Positions 16,472-29,682 of a stretch of DNA of 64,000 nt are shown piece after piece. A program made the position numbers and the translations under genes. Source of the DNA: Octopus sinensis (Eukaryota); contig NW_021832611.1 of assembly GCF_006345805.1 (NCBI RefSeq), positions 248,001 through 312,000 of the forward strand, in the 5' to 3' direction. Under the pieces are notes generated by a model. That model made no database searches and had not been told where the DNA came from. It saw nothing but the letters and a program-made list of their open reading frames with translations. The number at the start of each line of letters is the position of its first letter. Positions within the stretch are counted from its first letter, which is position 1.

Positions 16472-16794
16472 TAGTTGTTTTATTTGTTTGATTATTGGCG
16501 GTATTGTCTCTGAATATAGCCATGGAGACTTGCTCGGCCAGATACCGGTCCTCGGATGGTTCGCAGGTAACCTTTTATATAAGTGACCCGATGTGTCGAG
16601 GCAGGTCTCGGCTGCCACGGGTACAAACGCCTTCCCATTCCCGACATCAGAATACTCCCGTGCTTCTGCCCTTTGACCAGTTCGGATGGGACTCCAAGGC
16701 TTTTGAATGATATTTGTTTGTTGTTTTATAAAATTTACAACAAAAATTTTTTTTGTTGAATAATTTTTTAAAAATTAAATATATTTTTAGTGTA

Positions 16795-17218
16795 ATGAAG
16801 CTGCTCGATCCTTATTGCTATTTTGATGAAAAAGGTTTTTTATTAACTACATAAGCAATTCAAATAAATTAATTATTACTTTTTAGGAGGACCTTTGGGG
16901 GCCTTTCCGTTAATTCATAATTCATATACAAAATATTCATTTCTCCTACAATCACGTGCTGGAAAAACCTGCGATAAATTTCATAGAGATTTTTTTAAAT
17001 GTGCAGCCCAGGTGGGGAAAAATCAAATAAAAACAGCTTGTGCTTCTTATATAGAAGATATGAATGAGTGCGTGAATAGAAGAAAACAAGTAGGATGATT
17101 GGTTTTGTTAAAATAGACCGAACGAGCATATTTAATAAGACAAGAGTATAAAAAGAAGAAAAAAAAATTTGCAGAGCCGCCATTTGCTGATAGTGTACCT
17201 CCTCAAATGTTGCTTTGA
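16795..17218 (+). CDS. NDUFS5: NADH dehydrogenase subunit NDUFS5-like (twin CX9C)
   Basis: CDKFHRDFFKC...CASYIEDMNEC followed by RRKQ..R; two introns. Confidence 0.75.
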
Positions 17219-17437
17219 ATTTAACTAATTTAATCATTAATTTTTAATAAAAACATAATTTTCTGAATTAATAATTTCTATGAAACAACAACATATTTCT
17301 TCCTGGACGATAACTGCAAACTAACCAATAATTAAATTTGTAGATCAATCAAATAGTTTACACTTTAAATTTCTACGAATATCGAATTTTTTGTACGCTA
17401 CGCAATTTTAATATATATTGCACACAGTCTAGTTTAA

Positions 17438-19131
17438 ATGAAGAGATACGCTATGATTCAAACTCTTTTACCCATTTTACTGATTTTGTTTGTTTTATTC
17501 TGCTATTTTTACAACAAAAAATCGAAAAATGTATTTTAATATTAAATAAAAGAAGCTTTCTTTACCTCCTTTTATACCTTCTAAAATTCCATTTTTTGGT
17601 CATATATGGGACTTCAAAAACGACATAACGATTTTTTTAGTTAAAGCGTATGAAAAAGTAGTTCTCATCTATTTTTGAACATTTAGTACGGTCAAGTTGT
17701 GAGCTTCAACATGATGGGAAAAACTATTACAGTCTTTCTCGGGAGTCAAGCCACTGAATTATTTTATTCGAAAGGAAATGACGATTTAAATGAAGAGGAA
17801 ATTTACAATAAGTTTACAAATCCTATTTTTGGAAAAACTGATATTTTAAAAGTATAACAAAAAGATTTATTTAGATTTTCCAACAACATAAACAACTTTT
17901 TTTATTTTTATTTAAAGAAGAATTTTTAGATATATTCATTCCAAAAATTGCTGTCGAAGTTATTAATTTTATGTCAAAGTTTGACAACCTTTCAAATTTT
18001 ACAGGTTTAATCATATAGTCAACTTCAAGATATTCATCATGAATATTCTGAACTTTTTACTCTGATGTTATGCGAGTGTTTATGTGGTTTAAGAATTTTA
18101 TTAATATAAAAGGAAACAATGTAAGGAATATTGTTTTTGAAAACAGAATGAAATGGATATCAGATATAAACAACGTATTTTCAATCCTTGTTTATATTTT
18201 TCCTGCTTGGTTTCCTCTAAAAGTAAAAAAGTAATTTCGAGTCCTCTTTATTAAAAAGTGATGCATACAATTCACAGTTAAAATTAAACGATATGCTGAT
18301 CAAAGAAATTCAGAATAGACACATTTTTAATATATCAGGAAATGATATGCTTCAATTTTTGTTGGATTTTAAATATCAGTACTATATGATAAAATTTATT
18401 TTAGTGACGGACGTAAGGTCGATGAAAAAGCTATTAGAGCTCTGATAATGGGCCAGTTCATTTCAGGAATACAAACCCCTTCTTCTACTGCTGCTTGGCT
18501 AACACTGTTTATTGCACATAATAAAAAAATTCAGGTTTAATGAAATAGAAGATAATTACTAGGACAAGCTATATGAAGAACAAATCAGTGTCTGTGGAAA
18601 AGATTTTAAAAACCTTACCAATGACGATTTAAAAGAAATGGACCTTCTCGATAGATGTTTTAAAGAAACATTACGTTTAAGACCGCCAGCTGCCCTTATT
18701 GCGCGCCGTTGTAAAAATGATATGGTTTTCTGGTAAATCATTAATAAGTCAGAAAATGCTTGGGTATGATATACTCAAAGGGACGTATGTCTGTATATCT
18801 CCTTCTGCAAATCACCATCTAAGTAGTGTTTGGGAAAATCCCACAGAGTTTGATCCTGATCGGTAAAAATTAATATCTCGACTTTTATAGTTTTATTAAC
18901 TATGATATCAAAAAAATGGGCGTATGCTCATATATACCATTTGGATATGGCCAAAGAAGATGCAGTGGAGAAAAATTTGCGAATATACAGATAAAAATAA
19001 CTCTAGCCTACTTAATTCAAAATTATGAAATATTTTTAGAAAAAAATGTCATACCTGGAATAGATATTTCAACCGTTGTTCGAAGTCCTCTTAATTCTAT
19101 GATATATCTAAAATCTCGGAATGCACCTTAA
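17438..19131 (+). CDS. CYP51: Cytochrome P450, CYP51 (sterol 14-demethylase)-like
   Basis: N-terminal TM; PPFIPSKIPFFGH; DLNEEEIYNKFTNPIFGK; KETLRLRPP; FDPDRF; YIPFGYGQRRCSGEKFA heme motif. Confidence 0.8.
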
Positions 19132-19392
19132 CACTACTTTTAACAGTAATAATATCCTGTATTCAATAAATTTCGAAACAATACAAAATTTTTGTTTTAG
19201 ATATATACAGTGTCATATCTAGTTGATATAAGAAAAATTAATTCAAGTCCATAGTCGACCTTACTAATTGAAAAAATTAAAATCTATTTTTTAATATAAT
19301 TCTTATAGATTCTGCTAAGCAACTGTTAGGTTTCAATTAAATTATTTTAAAACCCGGAAAAAATTAAGAAGTCAATAAGAGAACAACATTAT

Positions 19393-20409
19393 TCACAATT
19401 GTAGAGAAGTCCAGGGAATGTTGTCAATTTTTGTCAAATTAATTGTAATCTTGAGCCTAGACAGTGTCACAGAAGACATGGAAGGATTTACAATCTCGAA
19501 ATTATACATACACACCAAACCCCAAACAATTCAATATCTGTCTCGAAATACTTATTCCCAGAAAAAGTAGCTTCTACTACCAATCTACATCCATTTGATG
19601 AGATTTGACATTTTTGAGGATCAGTAGCTCGAGCATACACAACAACCGTAACAGTATCAGCAGAATCCATAAAATCTACTTTACAGCTAGTCTGACCAGG
19701 ATTCTTAATTTTTTACAAAATTTAAAAAATCTCACTTTTGGCCAACGATGATCTCCAATAACACAGCCTCCAATTTTTAAAAAATATTCAATCTCTGCGG
19801 ATTGTTTATTACAGCAAGGCCATAATTGAGTCCTATCGTGAAATGACGGCGGCATCGAATGATATCGGCATTCACTCAGATCATTTGATTGAGTCTACCG
19901 TGGCCTTAAATAATAACATTACAGCAGAACAGCCGTAGTTGAGACATTTTAGCTCAGTAACATTTTGTGTTACATTCTCATAATCTTTAAGAGCATCTCT
20001 TAATGAATCCTCTACTTTAATTTCCAAAGGGACCATTTTCTGATTCTTCGAGGGACGAGAAATTTGTTCTTTCCTGACCTCCTTAGGAGCTGTTTTAACA
20101 GACTCCTCAGGAATAAAGGAAGAGTCAGTTTTGGGAGTTATATTGGGTTTAACAGAAGAGTGCTGCCCATAGACGCAGCCCTTTAACTGTTAATAAACAT
20201 ACTTTACAGGAAAATTAATAAATTCAGTAAAATCTAAAGACTTTTTACCACAACATGACCACTGTTTTAAGGAATCTCTTATTAATGGCTCTCCACTGTG
20301 ATATTGGCAGGAATCTTAGAGGCAATAAATATAATAAGACTCTACTTTCAGTGTTGGTCTCATTTTCATAGGTTTTAAAACAGCCAGGATTGTTACACCT
20401 CAAAGACAT
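19393..20409 (-). CDS. CHORDC1: CHORD-containing Hsp90 co-chaperone (2 CHORD + CS)
   Basis: CNNPGC...CQYHSG...WSCC...GC...H; second CHORD CLNYGC...CRYH...WPCC; C-terminal CS domain. Confidence 0.85.
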
Positions 20410-20599
20410 GCGGTAGACTATGTAGCAATTTATTTTAAATTAAAAAATATTTTCTATAAATTTATATATTTAAATATCATTATGTTTTTTTAAATAATTT
20501 ATTAACCTACATTCTTTTTTGTTTAACTATGGACTTTCAATTTGATGTTGGTCACGCCTCTCAAATTTACACAATGTCTTTTTCAGGTTTTTTAAACTT

Positions 20600-21290
20600 T
20601 CTGTTTACACTGGCCTTCTTCGACGTTCGAGAATTAAATTTGTCAGTGAAGAGGAGGTCGCTCTGCCAGGATCTGAAACGATACAGCATTACTATCTGCT
20701 GCCTACAAGCGACCAAAGTCAAAAAAGGACTTAACTAACAGAATGCTGACCCACAACCTTATCTTCTTTAGGGCTGCCATCATTACGGGATGGGCTTTGC
20801 GATGGATATCAGACTAATGGAGTATTTCAACAGAATATAGAAATTGAATGACAGAATTTGCGTAATTCAATGAAAGATTGCATTTAACTCTAGAATTACA
20901 ATTTTTAAATGTATATGCACCTACTTCTCCACAACCATCTAAAACCCAACGGAACTGGATAACTTTTACCGTTCACTATTTACAGCCCTCGTGGAATCAT
21001 CCAGGAGCTATCTACTTTATATACGTGGAGATTGGAATGCAATGGTTGGAAAGGGAGCCCGAGAACTGAACTCAATGGGTACCCATGGTCGAAGTAACAT
21101 ATCTGGAGTAACCATAGTCAGCTTTAACATCAATAAAAATTATTTATTTGCAACACGGCTATCAAAACCTGGACGCGAAAACGTTGGGACTCAGAAGGAA
21201 ATGTAATCAAAATATATAATCAAATTTTTTTTAATTGACTATTTTCTCAGAAAGCTCTACTCTCAGATGCCCGAGTTGACATAGTGACCG
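20600..21290 (+). mobile_element. RTE-like LINE AP-endonuclease remnant
   Basis: CCLQATK, LNVYAPT, GDWNAMVG and SD motifs with stops and frameshifts. Confidence 0.7.
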
Positions 21291-21389
21291 TATAATATAT
21301 TAAAAAATTTTATTTTTATTTTCAGTCTTATGGTGAAACTACTGTTAAATATAATTTGCATATACATTTTAAGATATTATCGGATTAAA

Positions 21390-21930
21390 GTTTTTCCCTT
21401 AACAACTATTGGAATCATCGGTACGTTTCTATTTGAGATGAGTGCCTATATCTCCAAACGAACCCAACTGGGTGTTCCAAATTTCGAGTCGATCCGTTTC
21501 CAGTTGTGTCTTTGAAAAATGCGGAGTTTGCCCTCGTCGCATTCAAAACGTTAAGCGTTGCCGAAATCCTCACGACGACTTTCACCCACGATATCGGGAG
21601 AAGAATCGCTTTCCGTAGAAGTGAGAGTCGATAATCATCATTGCTCTGGCGGAAAATTTCGATTGTCAACCTCCGTGGAAACATCCAAGAGATCCTCTTC
21701 GCACAGACAGAGAGAAGTACGCTGACGCGCTCAAGAAAGTCAGAAGACGAGCCATCAGGCTTTTCACTTGTGGAGAAGTACTAATTCCTTCCATTCGCAG
21801 TTGAGACATCTGGCTATCTGGGCGGCAAGGAAATCAGCATTGTTCAGGAGATCGGGTCTCGCATGTCGACACTCACAGGGGACGCCTGCGAATCGATATG
21901 GTTTTTTGAGCGGATATCTCTCGCGATCAC
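21390..21930 (+). mobile_element. Two tandem CRE-like 3' fragments
   Basis: DIGRRIA...KISIVNLRGN, then FLPFAVETSG...TGDACESIWFFERISLAI. Confidence 0.7.
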
Positions 21931-22640
21931 TTCATTTTTATAATCGACAAGTTCAATTTTATAATTGGCATAATTTATTATTTCAAAGTCAAAATTGAAC
22001 TTAATTTTAACGTCAACATTGAATTTTCTGCTTTTGTTGATGACAACCTTAATTATGAAATATGCCGAGTACAAATTATATTATAGGATTAAAAAGAAAG
22101 TAAATATACGGTGTCTTGAAAGGATTATTGTTCAAAAATGTGTTGCATTTATAGCGAACATTCAGCTTGAGCTTCCGAGTGCAATTCAAATGCAGAACGT
22201 TGAATTTTTAAAATAACGCTCATTTTCCTTTTTTCTCTAATTTTATACGTTGTCGATTAGTTAAATTGCAAATTATAAAATTAAAGTTGCCAACTATAAA
22301 ATTGAACTTGCGGATTGTAAAATTGAATTTTCTAATAATACAATTCAGCCTGCAAATTCTAAAATTGGAGTTGTTTTCCTATATGTTAAAAACTAATGAT
22401 TTTTTGAATAAAAAAATTTTCATGTGTTCATAGGAAGAAAACTCTCTTGTCTTATTTAAAAGAAGAAAATAATTTCAAAAAATCAATAAGATGAAACTTT
22501 GACTAAAACATCGGTGCATATACTCAATTAAAAAAATATCACAATTTATAAATATGTATTTTAATAAAAAGTGATCGACTTTTTAATCGTATCATCAAAC
22601 ACCACTCTTGACTGTCCTTAATTTTTCGTAAACTAATGTA

Positions 22641-24130
22641 CAGTACCGCTCAAATGTTTCGGACCACCCTATTTCTCAATTTCCAAGTCAATCCTGAATT
22701 ATTTTATTACGGTTCTTAGAGAAACTTATTAGATAAGCTTAAATACATTATTCTATTCAAAATTTTCTTTAAATATTTTGTTGGCGCCAATTGAATATAA
22801 TTGATTTGACTCGATCATATGTTCCGGACCAGTTGCAATCATATGTTTCGAACCAGTTAAATCTCTTAAATTTAATAATTTTGGATTCAATTAAAAACAA
22901 AAGACTATAAATAACAAATGCCGCGTGTTTCACTGGTTGATCGGGTCGCTATCATCACTTTTTTTAAAGATGGAGCTTCACAAAGAGAAATTGCGAAAAA
23001 TTAAAAAATATCCAAAACTGCTGTTCAAAAGAACAATTTCCAGATATTCATCCGTTGGACTATATTCCGACAGACCCAAATCTGGTCGACCGAGATTGTT
23101 ATCCCCAAGATTGAACGCAAATTAGTGAGAATTCGAAGCAGACCCCACAAAAACGGCAAATCAAATTAATTTGATATGAAATTAAATTCTATTGTAAGCA
23201 CAAAACAATTAAAAGTGCCTACAAAGAAATAATTTGAATGGGCGAAAGCAATGCCCTAAAACCAAGTCTTTCCATATGCCATAAAAAGGCTAGAAAAATT
23301 GGTGCATTGAGAATTAACTTGGAGCCAAAATGATTGGGGTAAAATTATTTTTAGTGATGAATGCCAAAATAAATTTGCATTCAAACACAAAAATTATGTT
23401 AGAAGGCCACCAAACTCTAGATTTGACTCAAAATATTGTTTAAAAACACGAAAATTTTCTCCTAGCATTATGGTCTGGGGAGCTATTGCTGCAAAGGATG
23501 GAGAAACATTGTCTTATGCATTAAAAAGTTGATTCCGCAGAGTATCAGAGAATTATAAATGTTGGACTCGAAAATTTTTATGATGAGACCATGTATCTCC
23601 AGCAAGACGGCGCTCCTTCCCATCGGTCCATGTCGACAATGAATTTTTTTCAAAGGAAACAATAAAAATCTTAGAAACTGGGCCGAGCCAGTCACCCGAA
23701 CTGAATATTATTGAAAATATGTGGTCGGTACTAACAAAAACTTTATGATCTGGAACCAAAAGATCTTCCAGAGCTCTGGAATTTGACCAAAAAAAATTTG
23801 GTACGAGATTGAAATTCGTACATTGAAAATATACAATTCACTTCCAGAGCGATAAATGCTGTTATAACGAACAACGGAGGAAATATTAATTATTAACTTT
23901 TTATAAGTTTAATAAATTTCGGTTTTTTTAAAAGGTCCGAAAATATGATCGAGTATAAAATCGATAATTTTAAAATTGCGCCAAACATGAATATCTGTCC
24001 AAGTTTTTAAAATAGAATAAATGTGTTAAGCTTATCTAATAAGTTTCTCTAAAGAACCGTATAAAAATAATTTAGGATTGACTTGGAAATTGAGAAAAAT
24101 AGGGTGGTCCGAAACATTTGAGCGGTACTG
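22641..24130 (+). mobile_element. Tc1 element (IR/DR type), decayed transposase
   Basis: Long TIRs starting CAGTACCGCTCAAATGTTTCGGACCACCCTAT, TA on both sides; RPKSGRPR, FSDE, QQDGA, SPELNIIENMW. Confidence 0.9.
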
Positions 24131-24337
24131 TATAATAGTCAAAATCATTTCTCAGATAGAATTAACTCGTATTTTAATATTATCTAAATTAAATCATTAT
24201 GAATCCTTTTCTATACAATTATAAAATATTAACTCGAAATGTAAAATAATCATAATTTATTTAATATAAATAAAATAACGTGATTAATCTTGTGTGTTCT
24301 TGTATGCATTATTTTGAATGTAATATATTAGAACAAC

Positions 24338-26549
24338 ATGGCGGAATTTGTACAAGAATCATTAGAAGAAATGCTTCCAGAACTACGTTTTATGTCACAA
24401 TCTTCAATTTTCACAACACACGAAACAGAGTAAATAAACATAAATAAAAATCAAAGTGAGATTCTACGAAAAAGAACACAGCATGAATATCGTTTGATAC
24501 GTCGACAAAAAGAGAAAGCTGATTTCCTTCAATACATTCAATACGAGCTTAATTTAATTGCTCTTTTCAACTCTCGTTTAAAAGTAATTTTGTTATATTA
24601 CTTTAGAAACATGGCAAGTCTGTACATACATTGAGCCGTCAGCATATGGCCTCTATTTCTATGAGAATTAATCGCCTTTTTAATCGTGTTTTGCAAAGAT
24701 TTCCCAATGATATCAAACTTTGGTGGTCTTATATTGGATTTTGTCAAAATCTTGTATTAAATACTTAAAATATTATTTTCTCTCACATATTTATGTTTAT
24801 TATATTTAGGAGTGGGATTCAAGAGCATCTCAAGCATACTTTGGGGCACTTAAACATCACAACACAAATGAAAGTATTTTTAGAATTTATTGAATAATAT
24901 CGAAATTCTTTATTATGAAAAAATAATTAATTAATTTTAGAATTGTGGCTAATGGCGGCTCGTTGGAATTAAGTTCCAGATTAGACTTTGGGACAGCCCG
25001 TACCATACTACATAGGGCACTTAAATTTCACAAAAAATCAAAATCGCTTTGGCTTGAAGTGAAGATTTTTAAATAATAAATGTAGTGCTTTTGGCTCGAG
25101 ATTTCTCATGCAATGGAAGCAAGAAATAGACGTTCTCTTCTTGATGAAACTTGTATTATTCCCAAGTACGAGTCCACACTGAAGGACAATCAAAACCATA
25201 TAAAAACAGCTCAGATTGTTTTCAAGAATGTTGTTTCCACCTTTCCAGGTAATTTGGACGTTTTGAATTTTAGATGAGCCACTATATTGGCTTTCCTTTG
25301 CTAGAGAGGTTGTGAAGGTAAATTTTACGGATTCTGATTTTTTGGAATTGCTCAACCACATAATCAATTGGTCAATTTGTTATATTAATTTATTAGTGTT
25401 CGCGAGTTTGAACACGATGGTCGTGTGAAAGGACAATTAATTCGATTTAGGAGCTCATTTTTAAACCAAGATTCTTCCGAAGAAGAGAATAATCTTGCTG
25501 CCATAAAAGATTTTGATTCTGCTATTAGTCAGAGTCCTGATTGTGGTTGTTTCTATTCTCCTATTCTAGATTTGTTAAGAGTCGAATATTTGGATTTTTG
25601 TGTTTATCTGGCAAGAAAATATGGAAATGATTGCAAATATTTCTCTCAGATACACGAACGAATTTCAAAATGCATTGACTGGTTATTGTCGACAAATTCG
25701 GTCATTTCTATTCCGCAGAAATTATTAATTTTATTGGTTTGATTGATGGATTGTGATCATAGATTGACTTTTGTGCGAATATTCAATTATTGGATAAAGC
25801 TAAACAGCTCACATTACTTGGATGCCGTTACTTGGAAGAAAATAGTTCTGAGTTTCTTGCCTTTCCATTGTGGCAAAGAAGAATCAAGTTGGATATTATA
25901 TTGGGGATGTATTCTCATGCTATAAGTTCGATAAAATTGGTAATGGAGTCATCCATGCCTGACGATCAAGTCATGATGCTTTGGGGCTTGCTTTTGTCTC
26001 ATATGAACCTGAGTGGACAGCGAAATGAAGCTCTGGAATTACTAGAGTCATATTCTCATAATCGGAGATGTTTGCCACTCCAAGAATGCTTTATCCGTCT
26101 AAAGGCATCGTCTGTTACTTCTATAGAGTGTCTTCTTAATGGTGATTATAAACGGTGTGATCAAAGTTGCAATATACTTTTAGACTATCTTCATTCAGAC
26201 CATATAGATACTCATTCTTCCAGACAGTCATTGATATTATTCTAGAATATGAGGTTAAGTGGATATTTTTATCATGATAGGCTTGTGGAGGTTCCATCAC
26301 GTGGGAGATGGTTTCTCGGGTTTTGGAGGACGCTGTTACTAAAACAGGCCATGATGAACCGAGTTAGGGTTGAGTTAGTAATGTATAGAAGCATGGCTGT
26401 TATACATTGAATTAGATGGGAGGTTGAATGGCTATAAGCAATTGGCAAATTTGGATTGGAGAGCACTTAAATGTCTTAATAAAGACAAAGTTGGTGCTTA
26501 TATTGAAGGAGTGACTAAATTTAAATCATGTGAAGGAGTTATTTATTAA
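24338..26549 (+). CDS. UTP6: U3 snoRNP protein UTP6 (HAT repeats)
   Basis: MAEFVQESLEEMLPEL...KRTQHEYRL...DFLQYIQYE; HAT repeats; one apparent frameshift near 24965. Confidence 0.88.
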
Positions 26550-26819
26550 CCTTTTTTTATAAATGATTGTTTTTATAAGCAGATTTGGTTCATATTTCTA
26601 ATTCATATATTCAGTTGAATTATAAACTATACCTTCAAAATGTGGGGACCCGAGTCAATACGTACATTTGAATAATATTTAAGTTGCAAATAATAAGATA
26701 GACGTTTCTGTTTTTGACAAAATGTGCAAGTGAGATAACTTTAATAAAAATTGGAATCACTGTGTTTTGAATAGTATTCAATGTTTATTCAAATTTTGCT
26801 TCTTTACGCGGTTTTCATA

Positions 26820-28420
26820 GTTTACATATGAAAAATTGTTTTTTCAAGTTCAGAATAAGCTTCAGACAGGCAAGAGTAGAACAAGTCTATCTCAGTGGGG
26901 TCTTTTTCAATCCTTCCACTGTGGGGTGCGTATACGTTTATAATGGATAGTAAGCTTTTAGATGAGCAAAGCTTATTCATGCTGATCTGAAGTACACAAA
27001 TCCGATCATATATGCTTCAACAGCGATGTACCGTTGGTTTCAGTTCCTTCTTTATTACAAATCCTTGGCCAAAGTGTCTGCATTCACTTCGGAATAAGAT
27101 GAAGTGATAGCCCGACAGTTCCTCTTTTAATCCCCCATGGAGTTTTGTCTCCTGTAAACATCCAACAGAGACTTTGTATCTTTTCAGATCTTCGCACAAT
27201 GCTGTTCTTTTCCAAGATTTAGCGATTCCTCTGACATTAAACGAGAGTAGCGAAAAAGGTGTTAGTTTCCTGCGCTTTTTAGACTCCATCTTTAAAGAAC
27301 CACGTCACAAGTTCAACCAAAGTGTAGCAGAACAGTTTATGCCAGAACATCATGCAAACCAATTTCGCTCGAAATTACCAAATGCAGATGGAGGCTGTTT
27401 GGACATATTCTAAGGATGGATTTGGATGCACCGGCAAACGCCGCTATGGAGGACTATTTCGAAGCTGGGGGCCATCGTTTCCGTGGGCGACCAAGAAATA
27501 CTCTCCCGGGTACGCTAGATAGAGACCTAAAGAGGGCTGGTAAAGAATTAAAGGACGAGGACGATCTCGATGCACTACGGGACGTCGCCCAAGATCGCGG
27601 GAAATGGAATAAACTAATTACTCGTATTGTTTCCTGTGCTGCACAAGCTTTGTCATGATCCATGGCATCGCGAGAGTGTCTATAATAATAAATTGTTTTT
27701 TAATAAAACTTAGCCCTGTGAAGTTTAAACACAGTGACTTTTTAGCTCTCGGTATATTTGCCGAACTGGAATTATTCTTTCTAGTCTCCATTGCAGGAGA
27801 CTGGAACGCTAAAGTAGGTCGAGAAAACAAGTCTACTATCTGGAGACAAAGAAGAGCGATTAGAAATCATCCGAAGGCTATGCTGATAAATTTTTGCCGG
27901 CGTTTGGTCTATTTCTATCTAACATTGCGTTTGCGTATGCTGCACGACATAAGACCACCTGGACAGGCCGCCGAAGAAACGAGTCTGAAGTCTACATGAC
28001 GATTTATAACCAAATTGACTACATTCTTTGCAAACAGAAAGATAGAACACTATTACGGGACTCGAAGTCATACAGAGAGACCATCGTGAAAAGTGACCAC
28101 AGGGTCGTCGTTGCTCTGTTTGACACTAGAAGTTGTTTTTTACGCACTTCAGGAGCGATGCTTTCTCAGATCAAACTGCGAAGATACCTGGTTGAGAGAT
28201 TGTACTCTTCATATACAACTTAGAATATCTATCAAGATTCCATAGAAGTTTTGGATGTTAGGCTAAAAGAAGTTGAGGATTTAAGAATTGTACTCCGATG
28301 TTCTTTACAATGAGGTTGCTCACTAGGAGTAAGCATGAGAACAGACTAAAGATCGAGGACAGCTACGGAAATGTGATTTTTGATGCCACGAAACAAGGCG
28401 AACTTGAGGCGGTTACTTGA
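26820..28420. mobile_element. Rearranged RTE-like LINE remnants
   Basis: Minus: FNVRG..CLQETK..NVYAPH. Plus: RGRPRNT..AQDRGKW 3' end, then AGDWNAKVG..NQIDYIL..SDHRVV. Confidence 0.75.
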
Positions 28421-28879
28421 CGTTGCTCCACCAAAGCTTGGGAAATGGTTCCCTAAAAATTCCCTTAACTTAATATATTTCTAGGTTGCTATCCATAAAA
28501 ATTTTCTCAAATGTTTATGTGAGTGTCACCTTTGTCAAAAAACTTTTTTCCAGGCGTGACTCCACAAAAAAGCAGTTTAAAATCACAGCCCGCCCTACAT
28601 GTCACACTTTCGTAAGTATTTTTGAACCATTTATATACAATTTCCGCTTGGCTCTGTAGATCTCCAAAAGGGTGCAATCCTGTGTGCCTGCGGGCTAAAT
28701 ACCAGAAAAGGACTGTATCGGCGCTTTATACTTGTTTCTATGATTTCTAAGTAATGGGCCTCTGACTGGAAGGCAAGTGGCTGCGATGGTGTCTACAACT
28801 TCTTTATTAAAAAATGAACTCCCTGAATGGCCCCCTATGCAAGAAGATTTTCAGAATAGTCCGAGGAGATTATATCCCC

Positions 28880-29682
28880 GGGAAATGGTTTTATACTGGA
28901 ACAACATATTTGATCCCAAAAAAAGACATCTGTAAAACCCCAAACGATCTTCGGCCCATCACGTGCATGCCTAACCTATAAAAGATAGTAACTTAATGCG
29001 TCAACTCGAAACTATCGGACTTTGTGGATTCATTTGGTCTAATTTCCGACAACCAACTTGGGACGAGAAGGCGATGCCAGGGTGCTAAAGAACAGGCCCT
29101 GATTAATCAATGTATCAATAAGGAATATCAGAACAATTTCTACTCGGTATGGATTGATGTCAAGAAGGCATTCGATTCTGTCGATCACGCCTTTTTATTC
29201 AATGTGTTAGAGTGTTCAGGGATCCCTTCGTGGATAACGGCCTTTGTGAAGAGTATTGTTAAAAGATGGAATGTAAACCTCCAAATTGACCAACGATTAA
29301 CCAAAGTGACCTTAACATGGAGACTTACTCGACGAATCATTTCTTCTTTGTGGACGATCTTAAACTACTTGCATATAAAGAGAATAAGATTGTAGAAATG
29401 ATGAAAACAGTCCGGAAGTTTTTTGAAACTGCCTGGTTGGAGATGAATCCTCAAAAATCTGTGTCCAATCTGGACAATCTTTCGTTCTGTAAACCTATGA
29501 AGGAATGGAAGGATATCGTTATTTGGGGGTGTTAGAAGACAAAGGGAGTGTTGTCCTTAAAGAAAAAGTTATGGGGTCAATCCTACAGAAAGTTAAGGAA
29601 AGAATAATCAATCTCTACAAAACAAAACTAAACTCTGCAAACTTTTTTCATGCCATAAACAAATATGCACTATCGTTATATA
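28880..29682 (+). mobile_element. R4/Dong-like non-LTR element, RT half
   Basis: RPITCMPNLYK, NQLGTRR, WIDVKKAFDSVDH, FVDDLK, YRYLG; ends HAINKYALSLY at the Tc1 insertion. Confidence 0.85.

Noticed and set aside
16495-16705. 5S rRNA, RNase P/MRP, SRP or snRNA assignment
   Set aside because: Only short partial motif matches; diagnostic conserved regions not found
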